From an uncultured bacterium (GTDB taxonomy: Bacteria > Acidobacteriota > Thermoanaerobaculia > Multivoradales > JAHZIX01), in the NCBI GenBank assembly GCA_965368975.1, contig CBDUPA010000013.1, positions 64,001-128,000 of the forward strand: DNA of 64,000 nucleotides, written 5' to 3'. Positions 9,088-18,741 of the stretch are shown here, piece by piece (the first letter of the stretch is position 1; each line of letters opens with the position of its first letter). The notes under the pieces are model-generated. The model did no database searches. It was not told the origin of the DNA and saw only the letters and a program-made list of their open reading frames with translations. A program made the position numbers and the translations under genes.

Positions 9088-10425
9088 TCAGACGCCGGCA
9101 CGCAGGTGTGCAGCGCCTTCCGTTACGTCCGCGGGGGCGCTGAGCGTGAAGGGTTCCAGGGCCCAGGCCCCTGGGATCTGCGTCATCTCGGCCATGTCCT
9201 CGAACATCCCGTCGAAATCATGATCGAAGACGCCGCCGAGCAGAATCTTGACGACATCGTCACGACGCTCGGGGAAGCGGCGCAGGAAGTCGGCAAAGCT
9301 GAAGTCCTTGTCGTAGAAGGCGTAGACTAGCTTGCGAAAAGCCTCCATGCCGCCCAGGAACTCCGCCTCGAAGGCGCCCAGCCGAGCGCCCGAGACATCG
9401 CCATCGGCGAGACCGGCGCAGATCGCGTCCGCCGCCATCTCACCGCTCTTGAGCGCCAGCAACACGCCGCTCGAGTAGAGCGGATCGATAAAGCCGTAGG
9501 CATCACCGACCAGTACCCAACCGTCGCCGGCCCGCTCACGGCTACGGTAGGTGAAGTCCCGCAGGACTTGCGCCGGGAACGCCTGGAAGGCCCCTTCAAG
9601 CCGCTCGGCCAGAGCTGGACACAACGCCACCTGCTCGTCGAAGACGTCCTGCGGCGGTCGCTTGTCGTCTGGCCGCACGAGGTATTCTAGCGGCGCGACC
9701 ACTCCAACACTGACCTGGTCCCCGGGCAGCGGGATGTACCAGAACCAGGAATCCTTGTCGCGCGTCTCCATCACCAGCGTGGCTCCCTCGTCGATACCAG
9801 GATCGCGCCGCGCAGCCTTGAAGTGGCTGAAGATGGCGGCGTTGCGCAGCTCCGGATCTTCCTGCCGCAGCCCGAAACGGCGTGCCAGCATGCCGCTCTG
9901 CCCGCTGGCGTCGACCACCACCGAGGCCATCAGATGCCGCGTCGATGTCGTGTCTCCATCCTGGGCAGCACCGCGGGCCGCCTTGACTTCGACGCCGACC
10001 GCGCGGTCGCCATCGAACAGCACATCGACAACCTTGACGCCGCGGTGGACCTCGGCACCCAGGCGGGCGGCGTTGTCGAGCAGCATCTGGTCGAACTCGG
10101 AACGCACCACCTGCCAGGTCTGCGGGTGCTCGAAGCCCTCGGCTTCTTCGAAGTAGAAGGGCGCCGAAGCCTTCTCCCCGCGGCTGAAGAACTGCACGCT
10201 GTACTTCTTGGTGAAGTGACTGGCTTGCAGCTGCTCGACCATGCCCAGCCGCTCCAACGTGTCATAGGTCGCCGGGATCAGCGACTCGCCGATCTTGAAG
10301 CGCGGCGAAGGGTCGCGCTCCAAGAGCAGCACACGCAGGCCTCGGTCGGCGATCAGAGCCGCTGCTGTGGCCCCCGCCGGGCCACCACCAACGACGATAA
10401 CGTCATAGCTGTCGGACTGGAACAT
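9088..10425 (-). CDS. FAD-dependent halogenase-like oxidoreductase
   Basis: GGGPAG, IGESL, FTKK (catalytic-Lys region), WFWYIP (WxWxIP), GDAYGFIDPLYSSG. Confidence 0.85.
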   Translation of the reverse strand: MFQSDSYDVIVVGGGPAGATAAALIADRGLRVLLLERDPSPRFKIGESLIPATYDTLERLGMVEQLQASHFTKKYSVQFFSRGEKASAPFYFEEAEGFEHPQTWQVVRSEFDQMLLDNAARLGAEVHRGVKVVDVLFDGDRAVGVEVKAARGAAQDGDTTSTRHLMASVVVDASGQSGMLARRFGLRQEDPELRNAAIFSHFKAARRDPGIDEGATLVMETRDKDSWFWYIPLPGDQVSVGVVAPLEYLVRPDDKRPPQDVFDEQVALCPALAERLEGAFQAFPAQVLRDFTYRSRERAGDGWVLVGDAYGFIDPLYSSGVLLALKSGEMAADAICAGLADGDVSGARLGAFEAEFLGGMEAFRKLVYAFYDKDFSFADFLRRFPERRDDVVKILLGGVFDHDFDGMFEDMAEMTQIPGAWALEPFTLSAPADVTEGAAHLRAGV

Positions 10426-10458
10426 GGTCTCTCCTCGGGTTGCATCCGTGGACGGCGC

Positions 10459-11802
10459 TCAGCCGATCTGCAGGCTGACCAGGACTTCTTCGTCGCGCAC
10501 GAACAGGCGGTCACCGACCAGGGTCGGCATGGTCCAGGTCTTGCTGTCGAAGAGCTGCAGGCGATCCTGCTCCTTGTAGCCTTCGGGCGTTGCCTCGACT
10601 AGTACCAGCTGCCCCCGCTCGCCGAGCACGTAGAGGTAGCCGTCGGCATAGACCAAAGAGCCGTGACCCAGGCCACGTTCGGCCCACACTTGCTCCCCGT
10701 CAGAGACGCGGATGCACTTGAGCGTCTTGTTGTCGAAGCCGTAGAGGTGGTCACCGAGCAAGATCGAAGAGCTGAACTGATTGCGCATGCGCGGGTTGTT
10801 CCACACCTCACGAACGCTGAAGCCGTCCCCCTCGCCGCGCTGCAACTCGAGCAAGGCGGCACCGGTGCTGTAGCCGGAAGCCACGAACAGGCGGTTGGGA
10901 GCGATGAAGATCGGCGTCGCGGCATTGACGTCGTAGTCGGTACGCCAGTCGTGCTGCCACAGCACCCGACCATCGGCGGGCGCCACACCCACCACCTTGG
11001 CGGCCAAGAAGAAGACGATCTGCCGCACGCCATCGACCTCGATCGGCAGTGGTGCCGAGTAGCCGGCGCCATCGTCGCGACCGGCGGAGGTCGTCCACAC
11101 GGTCTCGCCCGTCTTCTTGTTCAGCGCCACGATCGAATTGCTGCCGGCGCCACCGACGTCGACCAGGAGCAGGTCGCCCTCGACCAGCGGCGCCATCGAG
11201 ATGCCCCAGGTCGGAATGCGCGCGCCGAAGGTCTTGATCAGGTCGACGTGCCAGCGCTCCTCCCCATCTTGGACGCCCAGGGCATAGAGTTGCCCCTGGG
11301 CACCCAATGCGTAGACCGTGTCACCGTCGATCGTCGGGGTCGAGCGCGGCCCGTCGCCGAATTGGTTGCGGAACACGGCATCCAAGCGCTGCTCCCACAC
11401 GCGCTCGCCCGAAGCGGTGTCGAAGGCGCCCGCGAACTCACCATCACCGCGACTGTAGAGCGTGAAGAGCCGTCCCTGGGCGATCGACAGCCCCGAGTAG
11501 CCGCCACCGACCTCGGTGCGCCACAGCATCTTCGGACCGGCGTCCGGCCAATCATGCAGCAAACCCGTGGCTGGCGACTTGCCGTCTCGCTGCGGCCCGC
11601 GGTACTCCGGCCAACTGCCCTCGACGGGCGTCGGTGCGGTGCTGGTGCCGGTATCGGCTGTCGGTAGGGCATCGGCCTGCGAGGCCGTGCCATTGCAGGC
11701 GACCAGCAGGGCGGCGGACGCAAGCACGAGCAGCATCACGGCGACCAGAGGCTGGGTGCGAAGGCGAGAGCGAAGGGATGAAGAGCGGCGGTCGGGCATC
11801 AT
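10459..11802 (-). CDS. PQQ-type beta-propeller lipoprotein
   Basis: LVAC lipobox; WPEYRGPQRDG N-terminal motif; repeated AxDxxxGxxxW blades. Confidence 0.85.
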   Translation of the reverse strand: MMPDRRSSSLRSRLRTQPLVAVMLLVLASAALLVACNGTASQADALPTADTGTSTAPTPVEGSWPEYRGPQRDGKSPATGLLHDWPDAGPKMLWRTEVGGGYSGLSIAQGRLFTLYSRGDGEFAGAFDTASGERVWEQRLDAVFRNQFGDGPRSTPTIDGDTVYALGAQGQLYALGVQDGEERWHVDLIKTFGARIPTWGISMAPLVEGDLLLVDVGGAGSNSIVALNKKTGETVWTTSAGRDDGAGYSAPLPIEVDGVRQIVFFLAAKVVGVAPADGRVLWQHDWRTDYDVNAATPIFIAPNRLFVASGYSTGAALLELQRGEGDGFSVREVWNNPRMRNQFSSSILLGDHLYGFDNKTLKCIRVSDGEQVWAERGLGHGSLVYADGYLYVLGERGQLVLVEATPEGYKEQDRLQLFDSKTWTMPTLVGDRLFVRDEEVLVSLQIG

Positions 11803-11808
11803 GTTCTC

Positions 11809-13278
11809 CTAAAGTCCGTCCGGTGCATCGGGGGGGAGGGTCCCGGCGGCTCCGGGATGGGCTTCTCCGCTACCCTTCGACGCGCGACCGGTTTCGGGTT
11901 CAACTTCGGCGTCACAGAGACAATCTTGCGCTGCCTCGGTGGCACCCGGCGGGGCGGTTCCAGTGACCGCCGCCAGCTTGCGCAGTGCCGACGAGCGCAG
12001 GTCCAAGCGTACCAGTTCCCCGTGAGTGCTCGACGCTCCACGGCTCGCTGCGCTCGCGGCAGTACCGCGCAGGTAGAGGAATCCATCGGCGAGCGCTGGC
12101 AAGGCCCAGGTCTTCCCCTCGAAGACTTGCAGACGCCCGAGTTCACGGTATGCCTCCGGCGTCGCTTCGGCCAGCACGAGCGTGCCTTTCTCGCCGTAGA
12201 GCAGCAGCCTGCCGTCGGCGAGGAGCACCGAGCCCTTGCCGAGGGCGGGCCTCGCGTCGCGGCCGCGGCCCCGATCCGCCCAGCGCGTCGCACCGCTAAC
12301 GGCGTCCAGGCACTTGAGGGTGCCATCGTCGAAGCCATACAGGTGGCCGTCGTGATAGATGGCCGAATGGAAGTGCGTCTTGATGTCGCGGCTCCGCCAC
12401 AGAGCCTGCGCACTCGGCTGACCGTCCGTGGCCGTCACTTGCAGCAGCGCCCCGCCGACGTCGTAACTGGCCGCAACAAAGACACGGTCGTTCGGCAGCA
12501 CCAAGGGGGTAGCGATGTTGGTGCCGTAGAAGGTATCCCACGGATCGTGCCAGTAGCGCGTGCCGCTTTCCGGGTCGATGCTCGTCAGACCGGCGGCGTG
12601 GAAGAAGAGCACCTGCCGAACCCCAGCCAATTCAGCGATCACCGGAGCCGCATAGCCGGCGCCACCGGTGCCATCGCGCCACAGCAAGCTGCCGGTTGTA
12701 CGCTCGAAAGCGGCAAAGGTGCCCGTGTCTCCACCGACCTCGACGATCACCTTGCCTCCCGCCGGATCACGGACAACCAGGGGCGAGCCGGAATAGCCGA
12801 AGTGCGGTCCCTTGCCGCCGTACTCGGCGACCAGATCGTGCCGCCAACGCTCCACGCCCTCGACCGCATCGGCCGCCACCAGCACGCCGGTTCCACTGAG
12901 AGCGAAGACCATGCCGTCGTCGACGGTCGGCGTCGCGCGCGGACCGTCGCCCTGGTCGTTGCGCAGGACAGGGCTCATGCGCAGGCGCCAGACGCGGGCC
13001 CCGTCTTCGGCGCGCAGGCAGGTCAGGTACTCGTGTCGATCGTCGGCTTCCTGCGTATAGAGCAGCCCACCGACCACCGCGACGCTCGAATAGCCGGCAC
13101 CGAGCGGTACGCGCCAGAGCTCCGGTGGTCCCTCGGCAGGCCAGGTCGTGAGCAGGCCGTCTTCGGTCGAGATTCCGTCGCGGTTGGGGCCCTGGTATTG
13201 CGGCCAATCGGCGGCCAGGAGGAAAGGGAGCAGGACGCTGAGGAACCCTGCAAGAGCCAACCTTCCTATGCCTCTCAC
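11809..13278 (-). CDS. PQQ-type beta-propeller protein, secreted; paralogue of 10459-11802
   Basis: Signal peptide; DWPQYQGPNRDG; GDGPRATP; Trp-docking repeats. Confidence 0.85.
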   Translation of the reverse strand: MRGIGRLALAGFLSVLLPFLLAADWPQYQGPNRDGISTEDGLLTTWPAEGPPELWRVPLGAGYSSVAVVGGLLYTQEADDRHEYLTCLRAEDGARVWRLRMSPVLRNDQGDGPRATPTVDDGMVFALSGTGVLVAADAVEGVERWRHDLVAEYGGKGPHFGYSGSPLVVRDPAGGKVIVEVGGDTGTFAAFERTTGSLLWRDGTGGAGYAAPVIAELAGVRQVLFFHAAGLTSIDPESGTRYWHDPWDTFYGTNIATPLVLPNDRVFVAASYDVGGALLQVTATDGQPSAQALWRSRDIKTHFHSAIYHDGHLYGFDDGTLKCLDAVSGATRWADRGRGRDARPALGKGSVLLADGRLLLYGEKGTLVLAEATPEAYRELGRLQVFEGKTWALPALADGFLYLRGTAASAASRGASSTHGELVRLDLRSSALRKLAAVTGTAPPGATEAAQDCLCDAEVEPETGRASKGSGEAHPGAAGTLPPDAPDGL

Positions 13279-14636
13279 GTGTACCTCGCTCCCTGGTACT
13301 TCTCTTCATAGAACGACGGCAGCAAGCCATCTACCTGCAACAAGCCCGTGGGCGTCAACTCGACGGTCTCGCCCTCGACCTGGAGCAAGCCCCGTTCCTG
13401 CAACTGGCGCAGCTGCGGCTCGAAGGTCTCGATCGGGTCGATGCCGTACTTCTCGCGCAGCGGGGCCGTCGGAAGCTTGCCCAGCTTGAGCTGCAGGATC
13501 AGCTCACGCGTGAAGCGCTCGCGTTCCGTCGTGGCGAAGGCGCGGCCCACGGGCAGGCCGCCGGACTCGACGGCGTCGAGGTAGGGCTTCCAGCCGCTCA
13601 GGTTCTGGTAGTGGACACCACTCAGATGACCGAAGGCCGAGACGCCGGCTGCCAGCAGGTCAGTGCCGTGCCAGAGCGAGTCGCGGTAGACGAAGGGCTC
13701 GCGGGTGCCCTGCTTGACCAGGGTGTAGGCGCTGGAGACTTCGTAGCCGTGGGCGCACAGCTCGTCGATGGCGTACTGCTGCCACTCGCGCTTGAGTTGC
13801 CAGTCGGCGATGCGCGGCACGCCCTCACCACTATCTGCTTCCCCCTTGCCGAGGAGGCGCTGCGAGTAGACGGTGTTGTAGGGCAACTCCATCTGGTAGA
13901 TCGTGACGCTGTCCGGGTCAGCCTCGATGGTCTTCGCCACCGTGTCTTTCCAGGTCTCCCAGCGCTCCCCCACCATGCCGGAGATGAGATCGATGTTCAG
14001 CTGCCGGAAGCCCAGTTCCTGGATCCAGGGCAGCACGCGGTAAATCTCCTTGGAGACGTGGGCGCGGCCGTTCTCAGCCAGGATGGTGTCGTCGAAGTGC
14101 TCGACGCCCAGGCTCAGGCGGGTGACGCCGACCTCCTTGATCGCTTCCAACTTGGAACGCGTGAGGGTGCCGGGCTCCGCCTCGAAGGCGAATTCGCGCA
14201 GCGTGCCATCCTGCCAGTTCAACTCGTCGCGGATGTGGCCGACCAGGTTCTTCAGGTGCGGCACGCTGATGTAGCTGGGCGTGCCACCACCGAAGTAGAG
14301 AAAGTCGAGCGGCCGCTCGACCACCGCGGGCAGGGCACCATAGATCGCTAGCTCGCGCCCGACCGCGTCGACGTAGCCGCCGATCTGATCGGCGTTCTTG
14401 TCGGTGTAGACCTTGAAGTAGCAGAACTTACAGCGCTTGCGGCAAAAGGGAATATGGACGTAGAGGCCCATGGCCACGCCCGGGCGCGGTGGCAGCTGGC
14501 AGACGCGGTGAAAGTCTGCGAGCGCGTCCTCGTTCCAGAAGGAGTAGGGCGGATAGTTGGAAACGAAGACGCTGCCGACCTGGGTCGTGGCGCTGCTGGC
14601 GGCAGCAGAACTGGTGGCAGGTTCGGGGTTGGCCAT
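13275..14636 (-). CDS. HemN-like (class C) radical SAM enzyme
   Basis: YVHIPFCRKRCKFCYF (CxxxCxxC), YFGGGTPS; start re-set to ATG 14636 after AGGAG. Confidence 0.88.
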   Translation of the reverse strand: MANPEPATSSAAASSATTQVGSVFVSNYPPYSFWNEDALADFHRVCQLPPRPGVAMGLYVHIPFCRKRCKFCYFKVYTDKNADQIGGYVDAVGRELAIYGALPAVVERPLDFLYFGGGTPSYISVPHLKNLVGHIRDELNWQDGTLREFAFEAEPGTLTRSKLEAIKEVGVTRLSLGVEHFDDTILAENGRAHVSKEIYRVLPWIQELGFRQLNIDLISGMVGERWETWKDTVAKTIEADPDSVTIYQMELPYNTVYSQRLLGKGEADSGEGVPRIADWQLKREWQQYAIDELCAHGYEVSSAYTLVKQGTREPFVYRDSLWHGTDLLAAGVSAFGHLSGVHYQNLSGWKPYLDAVESGGLPVGRAFATTERERFTRELILQLKLGKLPTAPLREKYGIDPIETFEPQLRQLQERGLLQVEGETVELTPTGLLQVDGLLPSFYEEKYQGARYT

Positions 14637-14703
14637 ATGGAGAACTCCTAAGTGCGGAGATGAGCGGCTGTGCGCGGAGCTGAGAGCCGAAGAGAGGGCG
14701 ATT

Positions 14704-15852
14704 TCAGCCGAAGCAGTAGAGCGTGCCGTCAACGGTGCCGATCACCAAGCGCCCGTCGGCGATAGCGGGTGAGGCGAGGATGTCGGAGCCGGTGGTGAAC
14801 TGCCATTGCACCTCGCCGCTCTCTACATCGAGCGCTAGCAGGGTGCCGTCGAGCGGCGCCGCGTAGACGCGTGAGCCAGCGATCACCGGCGACGCATCGT
14901 AGCGCGCGCGGCTGCTGTGGCTCCACAACTCTGCGCCGGTCGCGCTGTCGAGGGCACGCAGGATCTTGTCCCGGCCGCCGATCACGACCCGCCCACTCTC
15001 CCCCGCAGTCTTTCCCGCGGCGAGCGCCGCCGAGGCGAAGTACGGGAACTTGCGCACGGGGTGCTCATAACGCCAGACGACTTCAGCCTTGCTCAGGTCG
15101 ATGCCCAGAACCTCGTTCTCGAAAGTGCCGACGTAGGCCCTCCCGTCGAGGATGGCGGCACCGGCGGCGGTATAACCACCGAGCGGAATCTGCGCGAGCT
15201 CCTTGCCGTCACTCAGGCGGACGCGGCGCAGGACTCCATCGCAGCCGGCGGACAGCGCGCTGCCCTGCCACAGTGCCGGCGGTGCGTGCACCGGCCCTCC
15301 CGTCTCGACCTTCCAGCGCAGTTGGCCATCGGCAGGATTCAGGCAGTAGAGGAACTGGTCGTACGAGCCGAAGAGCACGCAGCCCTCGGCGAGCAGGGCC
15401 GACGACGTCACTTCGGCTTCTGCCTCGAACGTCCACAACACCTTGCCGTCCTTGGCCGACAGCGCGTGGAAGGTGCCTCCTTCGTCACCGAAGTAGAGCT
15501 TGCCGTCCACGACCGTCGGCGTCGACTTGATCTCGATGCCGGCGCTGTACTTCCATTTCAGTTCCCCGCTGGCGAGGTCCAGAGCATAGAGGTGACCGTC
15601 CAGCGACCCGACGAAGACCGCGCCATCGACCACGGCAGCCGCCGCTTCGAAGCCTCCTTCGGCATGGAAGGTCCAGCGCGCTTCCAGCTCGGCGGGCAGC
15701 GCAACGGCACGGTGGCCGGTCAGCTGTGGATCCCCGCGAAAGCTCGGCCAGTCGCCGGCATCCGCGCGGGCTACCGGCGCGCCCAGAGCCAGCAGGGTCA
15801 GGAGGAGGCAAGAAGAGGCGTGGAACAGGACCACTGAACAGCGGGGCTTCAC
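14704..15852 (-). CDS. PQQ/BamB-like beta-propeller protein, secreted
   Basis: DWPSFRGD; regular GSxDGxLYALDxxxGxxxW repeats; GTG 15852 overlaps the ADH stop. Confidence 0.85.
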   Translation of the reverse strand: MKPRCSVVLFHASSCLLLTLLALGAPVARADAGDWPSFRGDPQLTGHRAVALPAELEARWTFHAEGGFEAAAAVVDGAVFVGSLDGHLYALDLASGELKWKYSAGIEIKSTPTVVDGKLYFGDEGGTFHALSAKDGKVLWTFEAEAEVTSSALLAEGCVLFGSYDQFLYCLNPADGQLRWKVETGGPVHAPPALWQGSALSAGCDGVLRRVRLSDGKELAQIPLGGYTAAGAAILDGRAYVGTFENEVLGIDLSKAEVVWRYEHPVRKFPYFASAALAAGKTAGESGRVVIGGRDKILRALDSATGAELWSHSSRARYDASPVIAGSRVYAAPLDGTLLALDVESGEVQWQFTTGSDILASPAIADGRLVIGTVDGTLYCFG

Positions 15853-17123
15853 GATGCGCGGGCTCCTTGATGCACGGGGGATGTCGGCTCGCTGCGACGG
15901 CGCGGCTCGAGCGCTTCGAGATACAGATTCTCCAGGTCTTGCTCGCTCACCGGGCGTGGATTGAAGCCAGCGGTCCACTGCTCCATCGCCTCGGCGGCCA
16001 GGCGCGGCAGCGCCTCCGCATCGACTCCAAACGCCTGCAGACGGCCGAGACTGGCGGCACGGTTGAGCTGTTCGAGGCGCAGTGCCAGACGCTCTCCGGC
16101 TTCGTCTTCGCTCACCTCGAGGTCACTCGCCTGCAGCAACTCGACGTAGGCCGCGGCGGCACCGCTGGCCGGATCGGCGGCGTTGAAGCGCACCACCGGT
16201 GGCAACATCAAGCCGACGGCGAAGCCGTGCGGTACGCCGTGGCGGGCTGTCAGCGGGTTGGCGCAAGCGTGTGCGGCGCCGAGCATCGACAGCTCGATAC
16301 CGCTACCGGCGAGAAACGATCCAAGCAGCATGGCGCGCCGCGCCTGCGAATCTTCAGGGGCCACCAGGTAGGACTCGAGCGCGCCTTCCAGCAACCGCCA
16401 ACCCTCGCGCGAGAACAGCCGCGAAATCGGGTTGTGGCGCGTACTGACATAGCTCTCGACGGCGTGGGCCACGGCGTCGACGCCGGTGTGGGCGGCGGTC
16501 TCCCGCGGCACCGACGAGATCAAACACGGGTCGAGCAGGACGCTGCGAAAGCGTGCCTTACGGTCGCCGCATGCCATCTTCGTCTTGCTGGCAGCCTGGG
16601 AGATCAGTGCGTAGCTCTGGGCCTCGCTGCCGGTGCCAGCGGTGGTAGGCACACCGATCGACGGCAGCATCGGCTGGCTTGCCTTGCCGCTGCCCCAGTA
16701 GTCTTCCATGCAGCCACCGTTGCTGAGCAGGAAGTTGATGCCTTTGGCGCAGTCCATGGCCGACCCGCCGCCGAAGCCCAAAATCAGATCCACTCGACCC
16801 CAGGCCTCGGCCACGGCACGGCCGGCCTCGACATGTGCGGTCGTCGGATTCGACTCGATGTCGGCGAACACCCGTACTTCCACACCAGCGTCAGCCAGGA
16901 CGGCCAGGGCTCGATCTGCGTGACCAGCCGCCTGCACTCCGGCATCGGTGACCAGCAGCACGTGCACCGCGTCGGCTGCGTCCCCACCAGTGGCCGCGGA
17001 CTCGCGCGCCAGCACGGTGCGCACTTGTTCGCCCAGCCGATCGAGGATGCCATCGCCGAACAGCACCTCGGCACCGTTCAACTCGGCGGTCCAGGAACCC
17101 GACGGTCGCAGATGAAAGTCCAT
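15849..17123 (-). CDS. Iron-containing alcohol dehydrogenase
   Basis: GGGSAMDCAK, PTTAGTGSE, DAVAHAVES, HACANP, HG motifs; start ATG 17123 after AAGGAG. Confidence 0.9.
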   Translation of the reverse strand: MDFHLRPSGSWTAELNGAEVLFGDGILDRLGEQVRTVLARESAATGGDAADAVHVLLVTDAGVQAAGHADRALAVLADAGVEVRVFADIESNPTTAHVEAGRAVAEAWGRVDLILGFGGGSAMDCAKGINFLLSNGGCMEDYWGSGKASQPMLPSIGVPTTAGTGSEAQSYALISQAASKTKMACGDRKARFRSVLLDPCLISSVPRETAAHTGVDAVAHAVESYVSTRHNPISRLFSREGWRLLEGALESYLVAPEDSQARRAMLLGSFLAGSGIELSMLGAAHACANPLTARHGVPHGFAVGLMLPPVVRFNAADPASGAAAAYVELLQASDLEVSEDEAGERLALRLEQLNRAASLGRLQAFGVDAEALPRLAAEAMEQWTAGFNPRPVSEQDLENLYLEALEPRRRSEPTSPVHQGARAS

Positions 17124-17162
17124 GACGTACTCCTTGCCGTGCGGTCCAATATTCAGCGGGCT

Positions 17163-17216
17163 GGCTGCAGCGATTTTGGCTGCAGCGATTTTGGCTTCAG
17201 CGAGGTTGGCTTCAGC
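17163..17216. repeat. 15-bp-period tandem repeat (about 3.6 copies)
   Basis: GGCTGCAGCGATTTT x2, GGCTTCAGCGAGGTT, GGCTTCAGC in the spacer between the ALDH-like and ADH genes. Confidence 0.75.
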
Positions 17217-18723
17217 CGCCAGCGGCCTGGAAGGCTCGCTGACGGTACAAATGTTCGAACAGGCTGCCCTCGTGCGGCTGATCCCAGGCAATGTGCGCCG
17301 TCGCGATAGCCCCCAGGTTGAGGCGGTCGATGTGCGGACATTCAAGGGCCCGGCGCTGAAAGTCCGGGTCGTCGCTGATCACGCTGCCGACCAAGGTCGA
17401 GCCGATGCGTTGCAGCAAGTCCGCTTCGGGCACCTCGACCACCGTCATGAAGGGGAAGACGAATTCTGCACTGGCCAGCGGATGCTCGGGATCGTCGCAG
17501 CGGATCACCGTCGGCCGCAGGAAGGTGCAACCCGCTATCTCGGCGACACGCGAGGCGTCTCCTCCCTGTTCTCGACGCAGGCGTGCCGTGACATCCTCGG
17601 CGCCGTCCAGCTGTAGTTGTTGCTCGATCATAGCGTCGACGGCGTGCGCCACTGCCGGATTGGCGAAGGCGGCCAGGCTCGCGTCGGGATCGTCGAGCGG
17701 CCGCGGTTCGAGCACTGCCAGACGCTCCGCCAGCGCTTCTGCGAGCGCCCGCGCACGACGGCCCGGCTTGTGCGGGTCGGTCGGCAACCAGACGCCCGAA
17801 GCGTTGATGCACGAGCGGCCTCCGTTGGCTGCCGCGCTCTCCACCAGCATGTCGAGGTGCTGGTCCCAGGCGTCGGCGGCATCGGGAGCGAAAATCACCT
17901 TGCTCCAGCCCGGACCGTGCGGCTGCACGCGCGGATCCTTGGCGAATCTCTCCACCGTCGCGGCGTCGCCAAACATCATCGAGCGACCGCAGCGCTGCAA
18001 CACCATCGGGCCGGCCGAGCGATCGGCTGGGTAGAAGCTGATCGCCTCTCGCGGGCAGCCGGCGGCGTAGAGTGCTTGTGCTACCCGCAACGGTGTCCAC
18101 GGCTCGGTGCTACCGGGTTTGAGTACCAACGCGACCTTGAGCGGAATCGCCGGCAGCCACAGCGTGTGCACGCCGGGTGAATTATTGGGCAGCACAGCGC
18201 CGAGCGTCTCGGAAAGACGCAGGTAACTCAACTTGCGCGCGTCCTGCTCTCCCCAACCGGCGTCGAGAACGCTCAGATCGAGACCGCGGGTCAGGCCACC
18301 GAGCACGGCGTCCATATTCTGCAGCACACCCGCCACCTTGAACATGTTCGCGCGCGCCAGCGCGTGCGGCATGCCGGTGGTGGACGACAGCTGGTGTACG
18401 TAGTCCTGTGTGGACTGGGTCGTCTGCGCCCGGCTTGCCGATGCCGGCGCAGTCTCGTCAAGGGGTAACTCGGCATCGAGGAAAAGGGCGGCAGCGCGGC
18501 CGCAGATTTCGACCAGCTCGGCGACGGTAAACGCGTCGAGCGGCCGGCGCAGCGTCTCGGGTTCGCGCAGATCGCGCGAGATCATGCCCGCCGTCGCTTG
18601 ACTCACCTGCGCGACCGGCTCGCCAGTGCGCACGTCGGTCAGGGTTTCGAGCGCCAGACTCCGGTAGGGCCGTCCGGCGCGTAGCAGCGGAAGGTGCGGT
18701 AGCTGTTCCTGCATGCGATCCAT
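17212..18723 (-). CDS. Aldehyde dehydrogenase-fold reductase (GriD/EhpG/LuxC-like)
   Basis: LPNNSPGVH, LKPGS, HGPGWSK, ANGGRSCINAS (catalytic Cys), QPHEG. Confidence 0.8.
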   Translation of the reverse strand: MDRMQEQLPHLPLLRAGRPYRSLALETLTDVRTGEPVAQVSQATAGMISRDLREPETLRRPLDAFTVAELVEICGRAAALFLDAELPLDETAPASASRAQTTQSTQDYVHQLSSTTGMPHALARANMFKVAGVLQNMDAVLGGLTRGLDLSVLDAGWGEQDARKLSYLRLSETLGAVLPNNSPGVHTLWLPAIPLKVALVLKPGSTEPWTPLRVAQALYAAGCPREAISFYPADRSAGPMVLQRCGRSMMFGDAATVERFAKDPRVQPHGPGWSKVIFAPDAADAWDQHLDMLVESAAANGGRSCINASGVWLPTDPHKPGRRARALAEALAERLAVLEPRPLDDPDASLAAFANPAVAHAVDAMIEQQLQLDGAEDVTARLRREQGGDASRVAEIAGCTFLRPTVIRCDDPEHPLASAEFVFPFMTVVEVPEADLLQRIGSTLVGSVISDDPDFQRRALECPHIDRLNLGAIATAHIAWDQPHEGSLFEHLYRQRAFQAAGG

Positions 18724-18741
18724 CCTTCGGTCGACGCCGAT

